The position numbers and the translations under genes were made by a program. A DNA stretch of 48,743 nucleotides, from the IMG/VR virus record IMGVR_UViG_3300049187_000106, positions 1 through 48,743 of that record, one strand, 5' to 3'. This document shows positions 16,951 to 26,669 of the stretch, in pieces. Every line of letters begins with the position of its first letter. The stretch's first letter is position 1. The stretch comes from a virus. Its lineage: Duplodnaviria > Caudoviricetes. A model generated the notes under the pieces. The model worked only from the letters and a program-made list of their open reading frames with translations. It was not told where the DNA came from and searched no databases.

Positions 16951-17259
16951 ATGGAAAATTCAATCTTCTTAGGACAAACGGTAAGCTACTCAACAAACTC
17001 AATCACTTTGATTTTCGGAACAATCACTCAGATCACAGAGAAGGCTATCAAATTTGAATACAGTATTTCAAGTGTATGGGATAACGGTCACCCAATCTAT
17101 AGCAAATGTGCGTGGATTCCGAAGTCACAACTTATCGAAGAAAAAACAGAAAAAGGAACCATCATTGGTCTTACCGTAAAAAAATGGTTCATCCCAAAAA
17201 TTTCAGGAATAAATATAAAAAAATACATGTATTCAGGTGATCAAAAGGTGTTAGTATAA
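16951..17259 (+). CDS. Hypothetical phage protein (TEKA...WIPKS type)
   Basis: ITEKAI ... WIPKSQ motif common in small phage proteins. Confidence 0.75.
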   Translation: MENSIFLGQTVSYSTNSITLIFGTITQITEKAIKFEYSISSVWDNGHPIYSKCAWIPKSQLIEEKTEKGTIIGLTVKKWFIPKISGINIKKYMYSGDQKVLV

Positions 17260-17293
17260 CACCTTTTTTAAACAAACAAAAAACTTTACAACT

Positions 17294-17782
17294 ATGAGAA
17301 AATTACAGTTAGTTTTAACAGCCAAAATCAACGGTAAAGAAGTGGAGTCAATTCCTTTCGAGGATGAAGACGAATACAATACGGAGGATACCTATAACTC
17401 CTTAATCAAAAAATACTGCAGAACCAAAAATGCAGAAGTAAGAAGAGATTCAATTTATCTTTATGATATGTGGCTTTCCTGCATTGACAAAATCACTTCG
17501 GACCAACTTGCGGAATCATTTGCAAATACCATTAAGGAATGGTTAGATCCAGAGGAAATGGAAAAGGTAATTGCAAGAAACGAAATCAACATCAGAGAAA
17601 ATAATGGTTGTTGTGCCACTCATGATTTCTGTGATGCAAACATGGCAATGGTAGAAGCCCTCAGCAAACATTCTCTTATTTGGGAGATGGCAGATGAAGT
17701 ACAACAGCAATTAATTAATGAAGCATGGAATAAAGCAAAACAAAATAAATTCTGGTATGAAGCAAGCGGAAAAAGTAATTAA
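17294..17782 (+). CDS. Hypothetical protein
   Basis: 162-aa ORF, C.THDFCDANMAM motif. Confidence 0.75.
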   Translation: MRKLQLVLTAKINGKEVESIPFEDEDEYNTEDTYNSLIKKYCRTKNAEVRRDSIYLYDMWLSCIDKITSDQLAESFANTIKEWLDPEEMEKVIARNEINIRENNGCCATHDFCDANMAMVEALSKHSLIWEMADEVQQQLINEAWNKAKQNKFWYEASGKSN

Positions 17783-18185
17783 CTATTTAATCAACCATCC
17801 TCTTATTAATGTCAGAGGATTGGAGAATCAGGCGGAAATTCCTATCGACACCATTCGTAATGCATTAGAAGGTAAAAGAGGATTACCGGAAAAACATTCA
17901 GGTAAAATCCTAAAAATATTATCGCACTACGGTTATTCGGAAGTTATGATAAAAGATCACTGTATTATAAAGAAATCATTGACGCTGGACGAAAGAATAA
18001 ACCGACTGGTTTCTCTTTTTAAATTCGATGGTAGACCTTATCTGCTTTCCTATGAATACAGGAAAAGACACTCTCCTATTAAAGAAGATGAAGAGGCTTT
18101 AAACACCCTTATTAAAGAGGGAAAAGTGATAATAAGTAGTAAGGATAAAAAAACTGTTACGTATCGGTATATCGCAGAAGACTAA
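17757..18185 (+). CDS. HTH-domain protein (likely start 17757)
   Basis: INVRGLENQAEIPIDTIRNALEGKRGLP resembles an XRE-like HTH. Confidence 0.65.
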   Translation: MKQAEKVINYLINHPLINVRGLENQAEIPIDTIRNALEGKRGLPEKHSGKILKILSHYGYSEVMIKDHCIIKKSLTLDERINRLVSLFKFDGRPYLLSYEYRKRHSPIKEDEEALNTLIKEGKVIISSKDKKTVTYRYIAED

Positions 18186-18190
18186 TAAAA

Positions 18191-18216
18191 ATGGGACACT
18201 TTTTAAGGTGTCCCAT
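18191..18216. terminator. Hairpin between convergent operons
   Basis: ATGGGACAC-N8-GTGTCCCAT flanked by A-tracts. Confidence 0.6.
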
Positions 18217-18244
18217 CCACTATACGACAGATATACAAAAAATA

Positions 18245-18484
18245 CTACTCTTTTACTGGCCAATTCCAGTTACCCTCTCCATCACCTTGATTCATGGATG
18301 TTCTCCATACGTCAATTGGTGCATCTCCGAGTACTTTCAAATTTACACATGTATCACTCCAAACATTAACAATTATTGCTGGAAGCTCTTTTACAGACTC
18401 TCCGTTTCCATGAGCGTCGTAGAATTGTTTTCTATCCGCTTCGGTAGTTTTGTAAATTACTATTCTTCCTATTGTAGGCTTCAT
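18245..18484 (-). CDS. Conserved small phage protein
   Basis: MKPTIGRIV.Y ... PAII..V ... VNL.V ... W.WP. Confidence 0.8.
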   Translation of the reverse strand: MKPTIGRIVIYKTTEADRKQFYDAHGNGESVKELPAIIVNVWSDTCVNLKVLGDAPIDVWRTSMNQGDGEGNWNWPVKE

Positions 18485-18500
18485 ATAAGATAGATTTTGG

Positions 18501-19076
18501 TTACAAATTTTTAAACAATCCTCGCTTCCTCTCAGCCTTTATGGACCGGTTAACGATCACTTTGGTGTTTGTATCCTCAGGAATAATTTCTGTAAAATAT
18601 TTTTTTTTACCTAACAACCATTTCCGATCCCAATACTGTACTTCCTTTAATACTACATGCGTGACACCCTGCAGATCGATACTATCTCCTCTTATCCTGC
18701 CGGTGATAGTATCATATTTAGTTGTGTAGGTAAACACACTGTCTCTGATCAGAAGAGTCTTATTAATGGTTGTTTCCGTCCCTATTTTATTGTAGGAAAC
18801 AAAGTTTTTCATGTTCTTTTTTAACCCTTCTATTTCTTCTGTAAGCCCGGATAATTCCTGCACAATTTTCGGATTGGAAACAACAACGGTTTCAGACTTA
18901 CTGTGCCACGTGCTATCTTTTGCCTGCCATACCTCCGGGGTTGTGAAAACACTTTCGTAAAGCGCCTTATACTGTCCAGAGACCTGTAATCTTCCGGTCT
19001 GTATACTGATGAATAATCCTGATAACGCCAGTAGGATTATCAGGACCACCAAAAGAATGTTTTTGAAAGATGCCAT
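18501..19076 (-). CDS. Putative spanin-like lysis protein (likely start 19076)
   Basis: N-terminal TM helix, coiled coil, lysis-cassette position. Confidence 0.55.
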   Translation of the reverse strand: MASFKNILLVVLIILLALSGLFISIQTGRLQVSGQYKALYESVFTTPEVWQAKDSTWHSKSETVVVSNPKIVQELSGLTEEIEGLKKNMKNFVSYNKIGTETTINKTLLIRDSVFTYTTKYDTITGRIRGDSIDLQGVTHVVLKEVQYWDRKWLLGKKKYFTEIIPEDTNTKVIVNRSIKAERKRGLFKNL

Positions 19077-19077
19077 A

Positions 19078-19308
19078 TTATACCTCCGTTTCGATTTTCT
19101 CAAACCAAAATCCGGCAATCGCCTTATCAATAAGCCCACACGCCAGCGAGGCGATAAGCGCATACGTTGGATTAGATGCAATGAACGTCGCACCCGTGAT
19201 CATCAGAGCAGCTCCTGACCACATCGCCTGAGCTTTTGCGATTTCTTTCTGTGTTTCTTCCAGGATCTGGAATGGGGACCACCCCCAATTGTAACTTACT
19301 TTTTTCAT
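19078..19308 (-). CDS. Putative holin-like membrane protein
   Basis: 76 aa, two hydrophobic helices, adjacent to the endolysin. Confidence 0.5.
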   Translation of the reverse strand: MKKVSYNWGWSPFQILEETQKEIAKAQAMWSGAALMITGATFIASNPTYALIASLACGLIDKAIAGFWFEKIETEV

Positions 19309-19312
19309 CGTT

Positions 19313-19864
19313 TTACTTTTTAAAGGTGAAACTTTTAGCCCGATTTATTAATCCGCCCTTGAACTTTGGATTTATTTTCTTGCTATTGGTTATCATAGTT
19401 ATTCTCACATTCTGAAGAGTAGAGAATAGTACCAACTGATTAAATGAATTTATTTTTGTGATATCGGCCGGAGAGAAAATACCTGTTACAGGAGTTTCTA
19501 TAATCCGCTGTACGGCTTTCATGGATAATCCTATCCCGGAATTAAAACCATAATCTCCGATCATTTCTGCGACCGATTGATTGACTACCTGGTCAAGACT
19601 CATCTTATCCCAATACCCTTCTTTTGAATGAGCTTCGGCCAGTTTATACAATTCCGGATCATTGATTTTTTCATTGTACTCAATTTTACGTGTCGCCTTT
19701 ATCGCATCGATTATCTTCCACCCTGGCCACTTCTTATTATAATTCCGCGCAATTCCGAGGTATGTTTCACCTCCATCATCTCCCATTATTTTAGCATACT
19801 CAGGACTTGCGTACCCGCCTTCGTACTTCAATAGCTTTGGATAGTATAGTGAGAAATCTGCCAT
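19313..19864 (-). CDS. Endolysin, glycoside hydrolase family 108
   Basis: EGGY ... D.GGETYLGI signature; YWD; D..FNSG. Confidence 0.92.
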   Translation of the reverse strand: MADFSLYYPKLLKYEGGYASPEYAKIMGDDGGETYLGIARNYNKKWPGWKIIDAIKATRKIEYNEKINDPELYKLAEAHSKEGYWDKMSLDQVVNQSVAEMIGDYGFNSGIGLSMKAVQRIIETPVTGIFSPADITKINSFNQLVLFSTLQNVRITMITNSKKINPKFKGGLINRAKSFTFKK

Positions 19865-19867
19865 CTA

Positions 19868-20128
19868 TTATTTATCCTCGATTTTTGTACCAGCATTAAA
19901 CCACTTTTCTATTTTACTATTCATCCATTTTGTTAGCACCGGAAGCAATGTTTTTTGAAGGATGAATAAAATACTGCCACCTGTAAGGGTGATCGTTATT
20001 CCTGTGATTGCCTGCAAAAAAGCGTGAGCCATGTCTGAAACGGATATTGAAGATATCCAACCAGCGAAAGCAATGTCTAGCATGTAAATGCCGATGTCTT
20101 TTATCGTTTTGAATTTATCGTCTATCAT
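19868..20128 (-). CDS. Putative holin
   Basis: 86 aa, hydrophobic helices, charged C-terminus, upstream of the endolysin. Confidence 0.55.
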   Translation of the reverse strand: MIDDKFKTIKDIGIYMLDIAFAGWISSISVSDMAHAFLQAITGITITLTGGSILFILQKTLLPVLTKWMNSKIEKWFNAGTKIEDK

Positions 20129-20169
20129 ATAATTACCAGGTTGCTATTGCTACTCTTTTTTTCACAATT

Positions 20170-23100
20170 TTAATATTTAATTACCGACGCTCTAAATGTT
20201 CCGCTTGCCGGATTTGCTCCACTGGCTACGTCTATCCTGCTCGCTCTTACTGTAACTGTATTGGTTGCTGATGTCCACCACGTGTAAACTACATTTGCCG
20301 TTGCCGATGCGTTAGGAACCCCAACGCTTACAGCGTCTCCATCCGATGCTCCTGTAACAGTAATAGTAAGGTCTTGTGAATTTGCAGAGGTTAAATCGAA
20401 ATCTAATGATGCGGTATTAGTTAGTGTTTTTGCTATCGTGTAACGGGTTGTTGATGATGTTGCAAAATAATTGGTCCCATCAAATTCTATTGCTCCCGCT
20501 TCTGGCGTGGTCAAATTGGTTCCAGATGTTAGCTTTAGTGGTGCCGTGCTTGCTGTGGCTGTTCCAGCTGCTAATGTTAAATAAGCTGTTGGCGTTGGTG
20601 CTGTTGGGCCTATCCCTATTAGCCCTGTTGATGTAGCAATAGTAAATCGTGTAGCGTTAGACCCTCCGGTCTGAATCCTAAATGCAGTTGTAGAGTTTGG
20701 TATCTGCAATGTCGAGTTTGCGCCTCCATTAGACATTTGTATGGTCGATCCTCCAACCTGAATATTACCCTGTGTCCCTATAGAATAGCCGTTTGTTATT
20801 GTCGCATTTCCGGAAGCCGCCACAGCGGGGAAATAGAAACCTACTCCGTTAGTATAAGTGGTAACACTAGTGGATGTAACTGTAGGTACTCCAAGCCGGT
20901 GAAAGTACATATTAGTAACTGTACCAGAGCTTGTATTATCATTAAATGTCTGGTCTGATGTTCTAAAGCCTATACCGTTCGTGGTCCATGCAGACGCTGA
21001 TATGTTTCCAGATATATGAAGTTGCGCTGTTGGCGACTGGGTGCCGATACCTAAAAAACCTAAAGACTCATCATAAGCGCTTCCTGATCCAAATAATATT
21101 TTTCCCTTGGTAGCATGACTTGTGCTGCCAAGCGTGAGAGATCCGCCAGAAGAAGAAGAACCGTATGCGACAGGTGTTGTGATCTGGGTAGTAAATGTTG
21201 GGCTAGTGGCAAACACAAGAGCTCCGCTTCCTGTCTCGTCGCTAACAACACCAGCAAGTTGAGCTGATGTTGTTGCGGCAAACTGAGATAGCGGATTTGA
21301 AGTGAGAGCGTTTCCATATGGCGTACTGGCATTATAATCACTGTAATCTGTAATACCAGTATTGCCAATGATTTTTATTTGATTGCCAAACACTGCCCCT
21401 CCTGAAAGGTTGGTGTATAGTGGCGTGTTAGTTGATATGATCGAATTGCCTGAAATGGTAATAGAATCAACAGTTCCAGATGTTGCATACATTGATATAG
21501 CCCTGTTGCAATCTCGTATTACGTTATTTGAAATTACACCTGGCTTAAATACATTAATGAACTTAATAGCGGTCTGACCATCACTCTGGCTTGATCCCTT
21601 TACGGTATTTCCGGTAATCACACAGCCGGGGACCGTAGTTACTATTCCAGAGCTGCTACCGTAACATTTGACAAGGTTATTTGTTACGGTATGTTCCTTT
21701 CCACTATTTAGCGAAACCACATTTGCTGATGTGGCATATACAGAATCAAGTATATTATTACTTATAGTGCAATAGTTTGATGTAGTTGCATTGGTGGCGA
21801 TAAGGGCACCAAAACCACCCGACAATGTTTTACCAGTCAAACCCTGGCCATTCACAGTATTACCAATAACCTCACAAAGATTAGCATTGGCAAGCTCAAT
21901 ACCGAACCAATTTGCGCCATTAAAAGTATTACCAATCACTTTAACATTATTGCAGCCGTCGACAGATATACCCATTGATCCGCCATTGGTAATATTGCCA
22001 ATGACATCTGCGCCCTCTGCTCCTACAGTAATGCAAACAGCTCCACCACCAGCGCCTTGCGGATCTGATGGGCCTTTTACTATATTGTTAATAATTTTTG
22101 AGTTAAAAACCTTATACGTATAACTTAACCCTGATCGGGGTGAACCCATTAATATTAATATACTATCATTATAAGTAGCTGATGGCATCATCGAATTGTC
22201 AATGGTATTTCCTTCTATAGTTACATCGTATAAATGCGACCCGCTTGGCGTAACCACAAGAGCGCTTGCGCCTACGCTTGTTGTTCCGCAATTTGTGAAT
22301 TTGCAATTTTTTATTTTTGTTCTGCTACCGAAAGCCTGTACTCCGTACCCTTCAGTATTTTGTATCGTAATATTTTCAATTAATAAATCTGTAACAGAAG
22401 AGTTAGTTGTATAGATTCCAGCCACTCCTGATGATGATATATTAGATTCATTGCCGTCTATTGCACCACCTCCCGTAATGGTTATTTTTGAAACTCCACT
22501 AACAACGACTACGGATGTTGTAGATCCTGCGTTAATTTTTATAGTTGCCCCAGGATCAATTACCCATGTTTGGTTTGACACATTTAAAGTAAGCGTGTTT
22601 TGAATGTATATTCCAGAAGGCACTATGATAACCCCTCCCGATCCCGCTGCATCTCTGGCCGCTGCAAATGCAGTAGTGTTATCCGTAACGCCATCACCCA
22701 CAGCTCCGTATTCTATTACACTATATCGCTTAATTGGATATTGGTAATCTGTTCCTGAAACTGCTGCACTTACGGCCCCCGATCCATTCGCCTTTAATAT
22801 TCCATTAACTGTACCAGCTCCTCCATAAGATGATCCTATTACAGAGCCGTTCCATATTTTATTTGTAAGGGTAGCAGTTCCACTATTGGTGTAGCCCTTA
22901 TCAACTAGACTCCTGTCGGTATAATTGGCAGAATAGTCATTCGTATAAACGGCTCCATGAATTGTTGATATTTTAGTCAATGTATCATTAACATTTAGCA
23001 ATTCAGTATCAGAATTTCCCAAAAGACAAATAGAATCCCGCTCAACCAGGATCTTTTTGCCGGTTGAAAAATCACCAGTAAATGCTTGTATTAAAGCCTT

Positions 23101-23739
23101 TGTACTATCTGTTAATACTAGCGACCCTTTTACATCATCGCTGATCCAGTACTGGCCCGCCCCAAGCTGTCCGAATACGTTATTATCCCCCACAAAATGT
23201 CCGTAGGTAATCGTATCATTACCTACCAGTGAATTAATACTGCTACCGCTTAGGTAAACGCTCTGCGCAGATGAAATGTACATTTCTGAATTTGCTCGTA
23301 CTTCATATCCTGATTGTGCTATGGTTAAGTAATTTCCATTATCATCCTTATTCCTTATAGACGTATTTGCATCGACAAACATATCACCCTTCAAGGTATC
23401 ACCATAAATAGAGTAATACTTTGTTAGATCAGGAGCAATTGAACGATGTTCTGAATTTGTCCAGTAATATCTGATTATTCTTTTTGGAGAAAGTGTATCG
23501 CGACCATTAATTAATACCCTGTAGGTATTACTTTTATTGACTAAGGTAAATTCTTTATTAGCTGTGGTTATTGATCCCAACGTAACATTGTAATTATTAC
23601 CTGTTGGTTCGATAAAAAAAACCGAAAACGCATTCATATCAGATGTAATGATCGATGTGTTCGATGAAACATTCACCTGCTTTTGCCCGAAAGCGGATAA
23701 GGTGATCAAAGTCAGTAATAGAAAGATTATTTTTTTCAT
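20170..23739 (-). CDS. Fibre/tailspike-like protein with pectate-lyase-like beta-helix and N-terminal signal peptide
   Basis: YGAVGDGVTDNTTAF..A start of the beta-helix, many I.GN.I repeats, fibre-type motifs; MKKIIFLLLTLITLSAFG-Q. Confidence 0.8.
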   Translation of the reverse strand: MKKIIFLLLTLITLSAFGQKQVNVSSNTSIITSDMNAFSVFFIEPTGNNYNVTLGSITTANKEFTLVNKSNTYRVLINGRDTLSPKRIIRYYWTNSEHRSIAPDLTKYYSIYGDTLKGDMFVDANTSIRNKDDNGNYLTIAQSGYEVRANSEMYISSAQSVYLSGSSINSLVGNDTITYGHFVGDNNVFGQLGAGQYWISDDVKGSLVLTDSTKALIQAFTGDFSTGKKILVERDSICLLGNSDTELLNVNDTLTKISTIHGAVYTNDYSANYTDRSLVDKGYTNSGTATLTNKIWNGSVIGSSYGGAGTVNGILKANGSGAVSAAVSGTDYQYPIKRYSVIEYGAVGDGVTDNTTAFAAARDAAGSGGVIIVPSGIYIQNTLTLNVSNQTWVIDPGATIKINAGSTTSVVVVSGVSKITITGGGAIDGNESNISSSGVAGIYTTNSSVTDLLIENITIQNTEGYGVQAFGSRTKIKNCKFTNCGTTSVGASALVVTPSGSHLYDVTIEGNTIDNSMMPSATYNDSILILMGSPRSGLSYTYKVFNSKIINNIVKGPSDPQGAGGGAVCITVGAEGADVIGNITNGGSMGISVDGCNNVKVIGNTFNGANWFGIELANANLCEVIGNTVNGQGLTGKTLSGGFGALIATNATTSNYCTISNNILDSVYATSANVVSLNSGKEHTVTNNLVKCYGSSSGIVTTVPGCVITGNTVKGSSQSDGQTAIKFINVFKPGVISNNVIRDCNRAISMYATSGTVDSITISGNSIISTNTPLYTNLSGGAVFGNQIKIIGNTGITDYSDYNASTPYGNALTSNPLSQFAATTSAQLAGVVSDETGSGALVFATSPTFTTQITTPVAYGSSSSGGSLTLGSTSHATKGKILFGSGSAYDESLGFLGIGTQSPTAQLHISGNISASAWTTNGIGFRTSDQTFNDNTSSGTVTNMYFHRLGVPTVTSTSVTTYTNGVGFYFPAVAASGNATITNGYSIGTQGNIQVGGSTIQMSNGGANSTLQIPNSTTAFRIQTGGSNATRFTIATSTGLIGIGPTAPTPTAYLTLAAGTATASTAPLKLTSGTNLTTPEAGAIEFDGTNYFATSSTTRYTIAKTLTNTASLDFDLTSANSQDLTITVTGASDGDAVSVGVPNASATANVVYTWWTSATNTVTVRASRIDVASGANPASGTFRASVIKY

Positions 23740-23741
23740 GT

Positions 23742-24083
23742 TTATAAACTGTTTAAATAAGTTATCAACGCTTCTGCAGTACTGTAACCTGGCTCCTCTC
23801 CTACTAATGGTAAAGGGACAGAGACATTACCGTAATCATCAAAAACAAGTTTGAAGAACCTTGGACCCGGAACTTCACTAGCTCCATTTGAAAGTATGTA
23901 GGTGAAGTTTTCATCAATGACCATTCCGGCGTTTAACTTTACCGGACCGACAGCACCATCTTCACTGTTTACAATAGAATCAAGAATAGCCGTAAGTACT
24001 TCCCGGACAAACTCAGCTTTCGTGCGCCGGCCACCGGATAGTATTTTTTCTGTAATCAGATCATCTATTTCTTCTCTGGTCAT
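23742..24083 (-). CDS. Hypothetical structural protein
   Basis: Coupled ORF in the late operon. Confidence 0.65.
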   Translation of the reverse strand: MTREEIDDLITEKILSGGRRTKAEFVREVLTAILDSIVNSEDGAVGPVKLNAGMVIDENFTYILSNGASEVPGPRFFKLVFDDYGNVSVPLPLVGEEPGYSTAEALITYLNSL

Positions 24084-24688
24084 TATACACCACCTAAATA
24101 ATTATATCCCTTGCTTGTATTTCCTAATTTTGCCTTCGTCTCGTAACCGTTCATAATCCTTGCGGTAGCGAGTTCGGTTTCTTCGTTAGCGACTACGGTA
24201 AGCTGCAGGCGTCCCCAAATCGTACTCATTGCATCCTGATTCTGAAGAGAACTATATTCTGCTATATCAATCCGGCTCACCTCCACGCGGGTAATAGATG
24301 GACGCGTGAATCCTAAAGTATCGTAGGCGGGATTTTCAAGAATCGCCCATATCATACCAAGTATTTTATCCAGGAGAATAGCGGCTTTAGTGTCACCGTC
24401 CTGAGTTTCCTCATAAGCGGCATTTACATAAGTATCAATATTAAAGATGGAAGCTCCATCAGCACCTTTTACATCACCATTACTAAATGGAATGGAAGCA
24501 GTGCAGACGTTGATAAGAGGTAATTCTGTTTTATCAAAGGGAGCGAACCGGCCAACACAGACCTTTACATCCAGATCGGAATAATTGAGCGCTACCTGGT
24601 TGTCGAATTCTTCCTGCAGGATCTCCGCAATACGATCACGAACTACTTCAAAATTTCTTGGCTGTATGGGTTCTTTAAGTATTGCCAT
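24083..24688 (-). CDS. Putative tail-completion/terminator protein
   Basis: Position after the head-closure gene; RD.IA.IL..E, P.INV pattern. Confidence 0.55.
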   Translation of the reverse strand: MAILKEPIQPRNFEVVRDRIAEILQEEFDNQVALNYSDLDVKVCVGRFAPFDKTELPLINVCTASIPFSNGDVKGADGASIFNIDTYVNAAYEETQDGDTKAAILLDKILGMIWAILENPAYDTLGFTRPSITRVEVSRIDIAEYSSLQNQDAMSTIWGRLQLTVVANEETELATARIMNGYETKAKLGNTSKGYNYLGGV

Positions 24689-24690
24689 CT

Positions 24691-25065
24691 TTATTTATAA
24701 TCTCCGAGTATACATACTACAAGTCCTGTAGACTCATTAGGAAACCATTGAATGATTTTATACTTCTTCGATATATCAGTGCTATCTTTAGCCTCTACAA
24801 GCCAGTTCTTCAGGTCAACCTCTCCATCTCCATTCCGGATAGTCCATCCTTGATCAGTAAGTGTTGATTCATGAAACGCTACGTGAGCATTCTTTGAACT
24901 AACTTTATTACCCATTGAATTAAGACTGAGATGATGCTTTGTGTGTACGCCTGGTATTTCAATTACGGATCCATTAGCGGAGGTAATTTTCAGATCGATA
25001 GAAAAGAGTTCTTTACTTTCTACAAATCTTTTCAGGTCGGCTTTTACTCTGTCTAATACACTCAT
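24691..25065 (-). CDS. Putative head-closure / head-tail joining protein
   Basis: 124-aa beta-rich ORF after the capsid genes. Confidence 0.5.
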   Translation of the reverse strand: MSVLDRVKADLKRFVESKELFSIDLKITSANGSVIEIPGVHTKHHLSLNSMGNKVSSKNAHVAFHESTLTDQGWTIRNGDGEVDLKNWLVEAKDSTDISKKYKIIQWFPNESTGLVVCILGDYK

Positions 25066-25073
25066 AGGTTATG

Positions 25074-25106
25074 AAAAAGGGGGCTACTATTATTCACCCC
25101 CTTTTC
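25074..25106 (-). terminator. Terminator-like hairpin after the capsid genes
   Basis: Minus-strand AAAAGGGGG...CCCCCTTTTT. Confidence 0.55.
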
Positions 25107-25129
25107 TACGCTGATACATGAATTTATTA

Positions 25130-25600
25130 TTACTTGAAAGACTTGATATACTTATTGTATAACTGCTCTTTACTTTCATTTTTACCGAAGGATATTTTAC
25201 TTTTAGAAAGGTGATCCTTTATCTCCTCTGATTCGATTTCATCGATACTAGGAAGCTCCGAATTGATCAATTTTTCAAGAGCAGGATTCAATTCCTCTTC
25301 TTCTTTTTTTACTTCTGATTCTTCCGAAGATTTTTTCTCCAATTCATTTACAATGACTGGTGCCTCTTCTTTAACTTCAGCGGGATCTCCTTCTTTTTTC
25401 GGATCCTCATCTTCATCCTGGTCATCTACAATTACAAGAACAGGAGACTCCTCTGATTCGATAGGCTCAAGAAAGCCGTTTAACACCAGAGCAGGGAAAG
25501 CGCCTTCCGGGAAGTCCTTTTCACGAACTATATCCCCGGAAGCAAAAACCTTATTTCTTTTTCCGCCCACTGAAAGGGCTATTACTTTATAAGTCTTCAT
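25130..25600 (-). CDS. Acidic capsid-associated protein (gpFI-like position, HeH-like C-terminus)
   Basis: Follows the major capsid gene; acidic linker; EIK..L....I.F....SK..L. Confidence 0.55.
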   Translation of the reverse strand: MKTYKVIALSVGGKRNKVFASGDIVREKDFPEGAFPALVLNGFLEPIESEESPVLVIVDDQDEDEDPKKEGDPAEVKEEAPVIVNELEKKSSEESEVKKEEEELNPALEKLINSELPSIDEIESEEIKDHLSKSKISFGKNESKEQLYNKYIKSFK

Positions 25601-26640
25601 TATGAGTGAGCCTGGAATGTGTAAGCCTGATCAATTGCAACCATTACCGGAGAACATGCTGAAGCAACGTCCAGAACATGTGATTTTTTACGCTCATCTT
25701 TATACTCACCAAAGATGTATTTACCTCTCTTAATTGGTTCGCTATCCCCGATCAATTGAGGTACACCTGCATAAGACAAGGTGAATCTCGGAGTTTCAGG
25801 AAGAATACAAACCTTCTTCGCAGGCCAGTACGGCTGCATGTTGCCGTCTGAATCCTGATAAACTTCAGGATAAGTCCACAATCTTACTTTGTAAGATCCG
25901 GCGCTGATCTCTCCATGGAAAGAAGCACCTACTGAATTTCTTTGAGGAGGAAGAATATTATCAAGAGCAATATTCTTAAGGTCATTTCTCTCTTTGAACA
26001 CAGTGTTACCCAACAATGCATTCAAGGCTAAACCGCCCATTACCGCATTATAAAACACACCCTGAGCCTTTCCTTTTTCTCTGATGAACTGACATCCTTC
26101 TTCGAAGGCGGTATAAGGATTTATCGACGTATCGAAATAGTCAGATGAACTGTTTACCAGGGAACCCGCTTTTCTCTTAAAGTCGATATTGTCACCATTC
26201 GCAAGAATTACAATACCGGTTTCAAGAGCCTGAGCACATTGAAGCTCTGCGCGTCTTTCGATTTTATCAACCATCATTTGCATACGCTCTAAGGCCTGAG
26301 CCATTAGATCAGCAAACACTCCTTCGTCAATGGAAGTAGATCCGATCAGACGATCATAAAGATCAAGCTCGGTTAATTCCATGTACTCCCGGAAGTATGG
26401 TGGTTCCATGATACGTTGAGTAGATTTTGTGAAGGTGTTTCTGTTACCTTCGGTATTACGCAACACATCTACAGCGACTGTTTCGGAACCTCTTTGAACT
26501 TCTACTGAAATATTTTTAGTAGAAGATACCGTTTCACGGAAAAAACTTCTCATGAATCCATACACCTTAGGACGTTCAAGATATACGTCTACAAGTGTTT
26601 GCGTAAATATCGCGCGCGCGTCTGAAGCAGGAATTGGCAT
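25600..26640 (-). CDS. Major capsid protein, lambda gpE family
   Basis: 346 aa; F..FF, PPYF.E, IERR.E..CAQAL..G; follows the decoration and protease genes. Confidence 0.88.
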   Translation of the reverse strand: MPIPASDARAIFTQTLVDVYLERPKVYGFMRSFFRETVSSTKNISVEVQRGSETVAVDVLRNTEGNRNTFTKSTQRIMEPPYFREYMELTELDLYDRLIGSTSIDEGVFADLMAQALERMQMMVDKIERRAELQCAQALETGIVILANGDNIDFKRKAGSLVNSSSDYFDTSINPYTAFEEGCQFIREKGKAQGVFYNAVMGGLALNALLGNTVFKERNDLKNIALDNILPPQRNSVGASFHGEISAGSYKVRLWTYPEVYQDSDGNMQPYWPAKKVCILPETPRFTLSYAGVPQLIGDSEPIKRGKYIFGEYKDERKKSHVLDVASACSPVMVAIDQAYTFQAHS

Positions 26641-26669
26641 AGTTTTAAGATTTTATATTTTTTGTTTAA

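Noticed and set aside
19077-19193. Arg-rich N-terminal extension of the 18501 ORF
   Set aside because: It overlaps the upstream membrane gene; the ATG at 19076 directly follows that gene's stop and begins a normal TM segment
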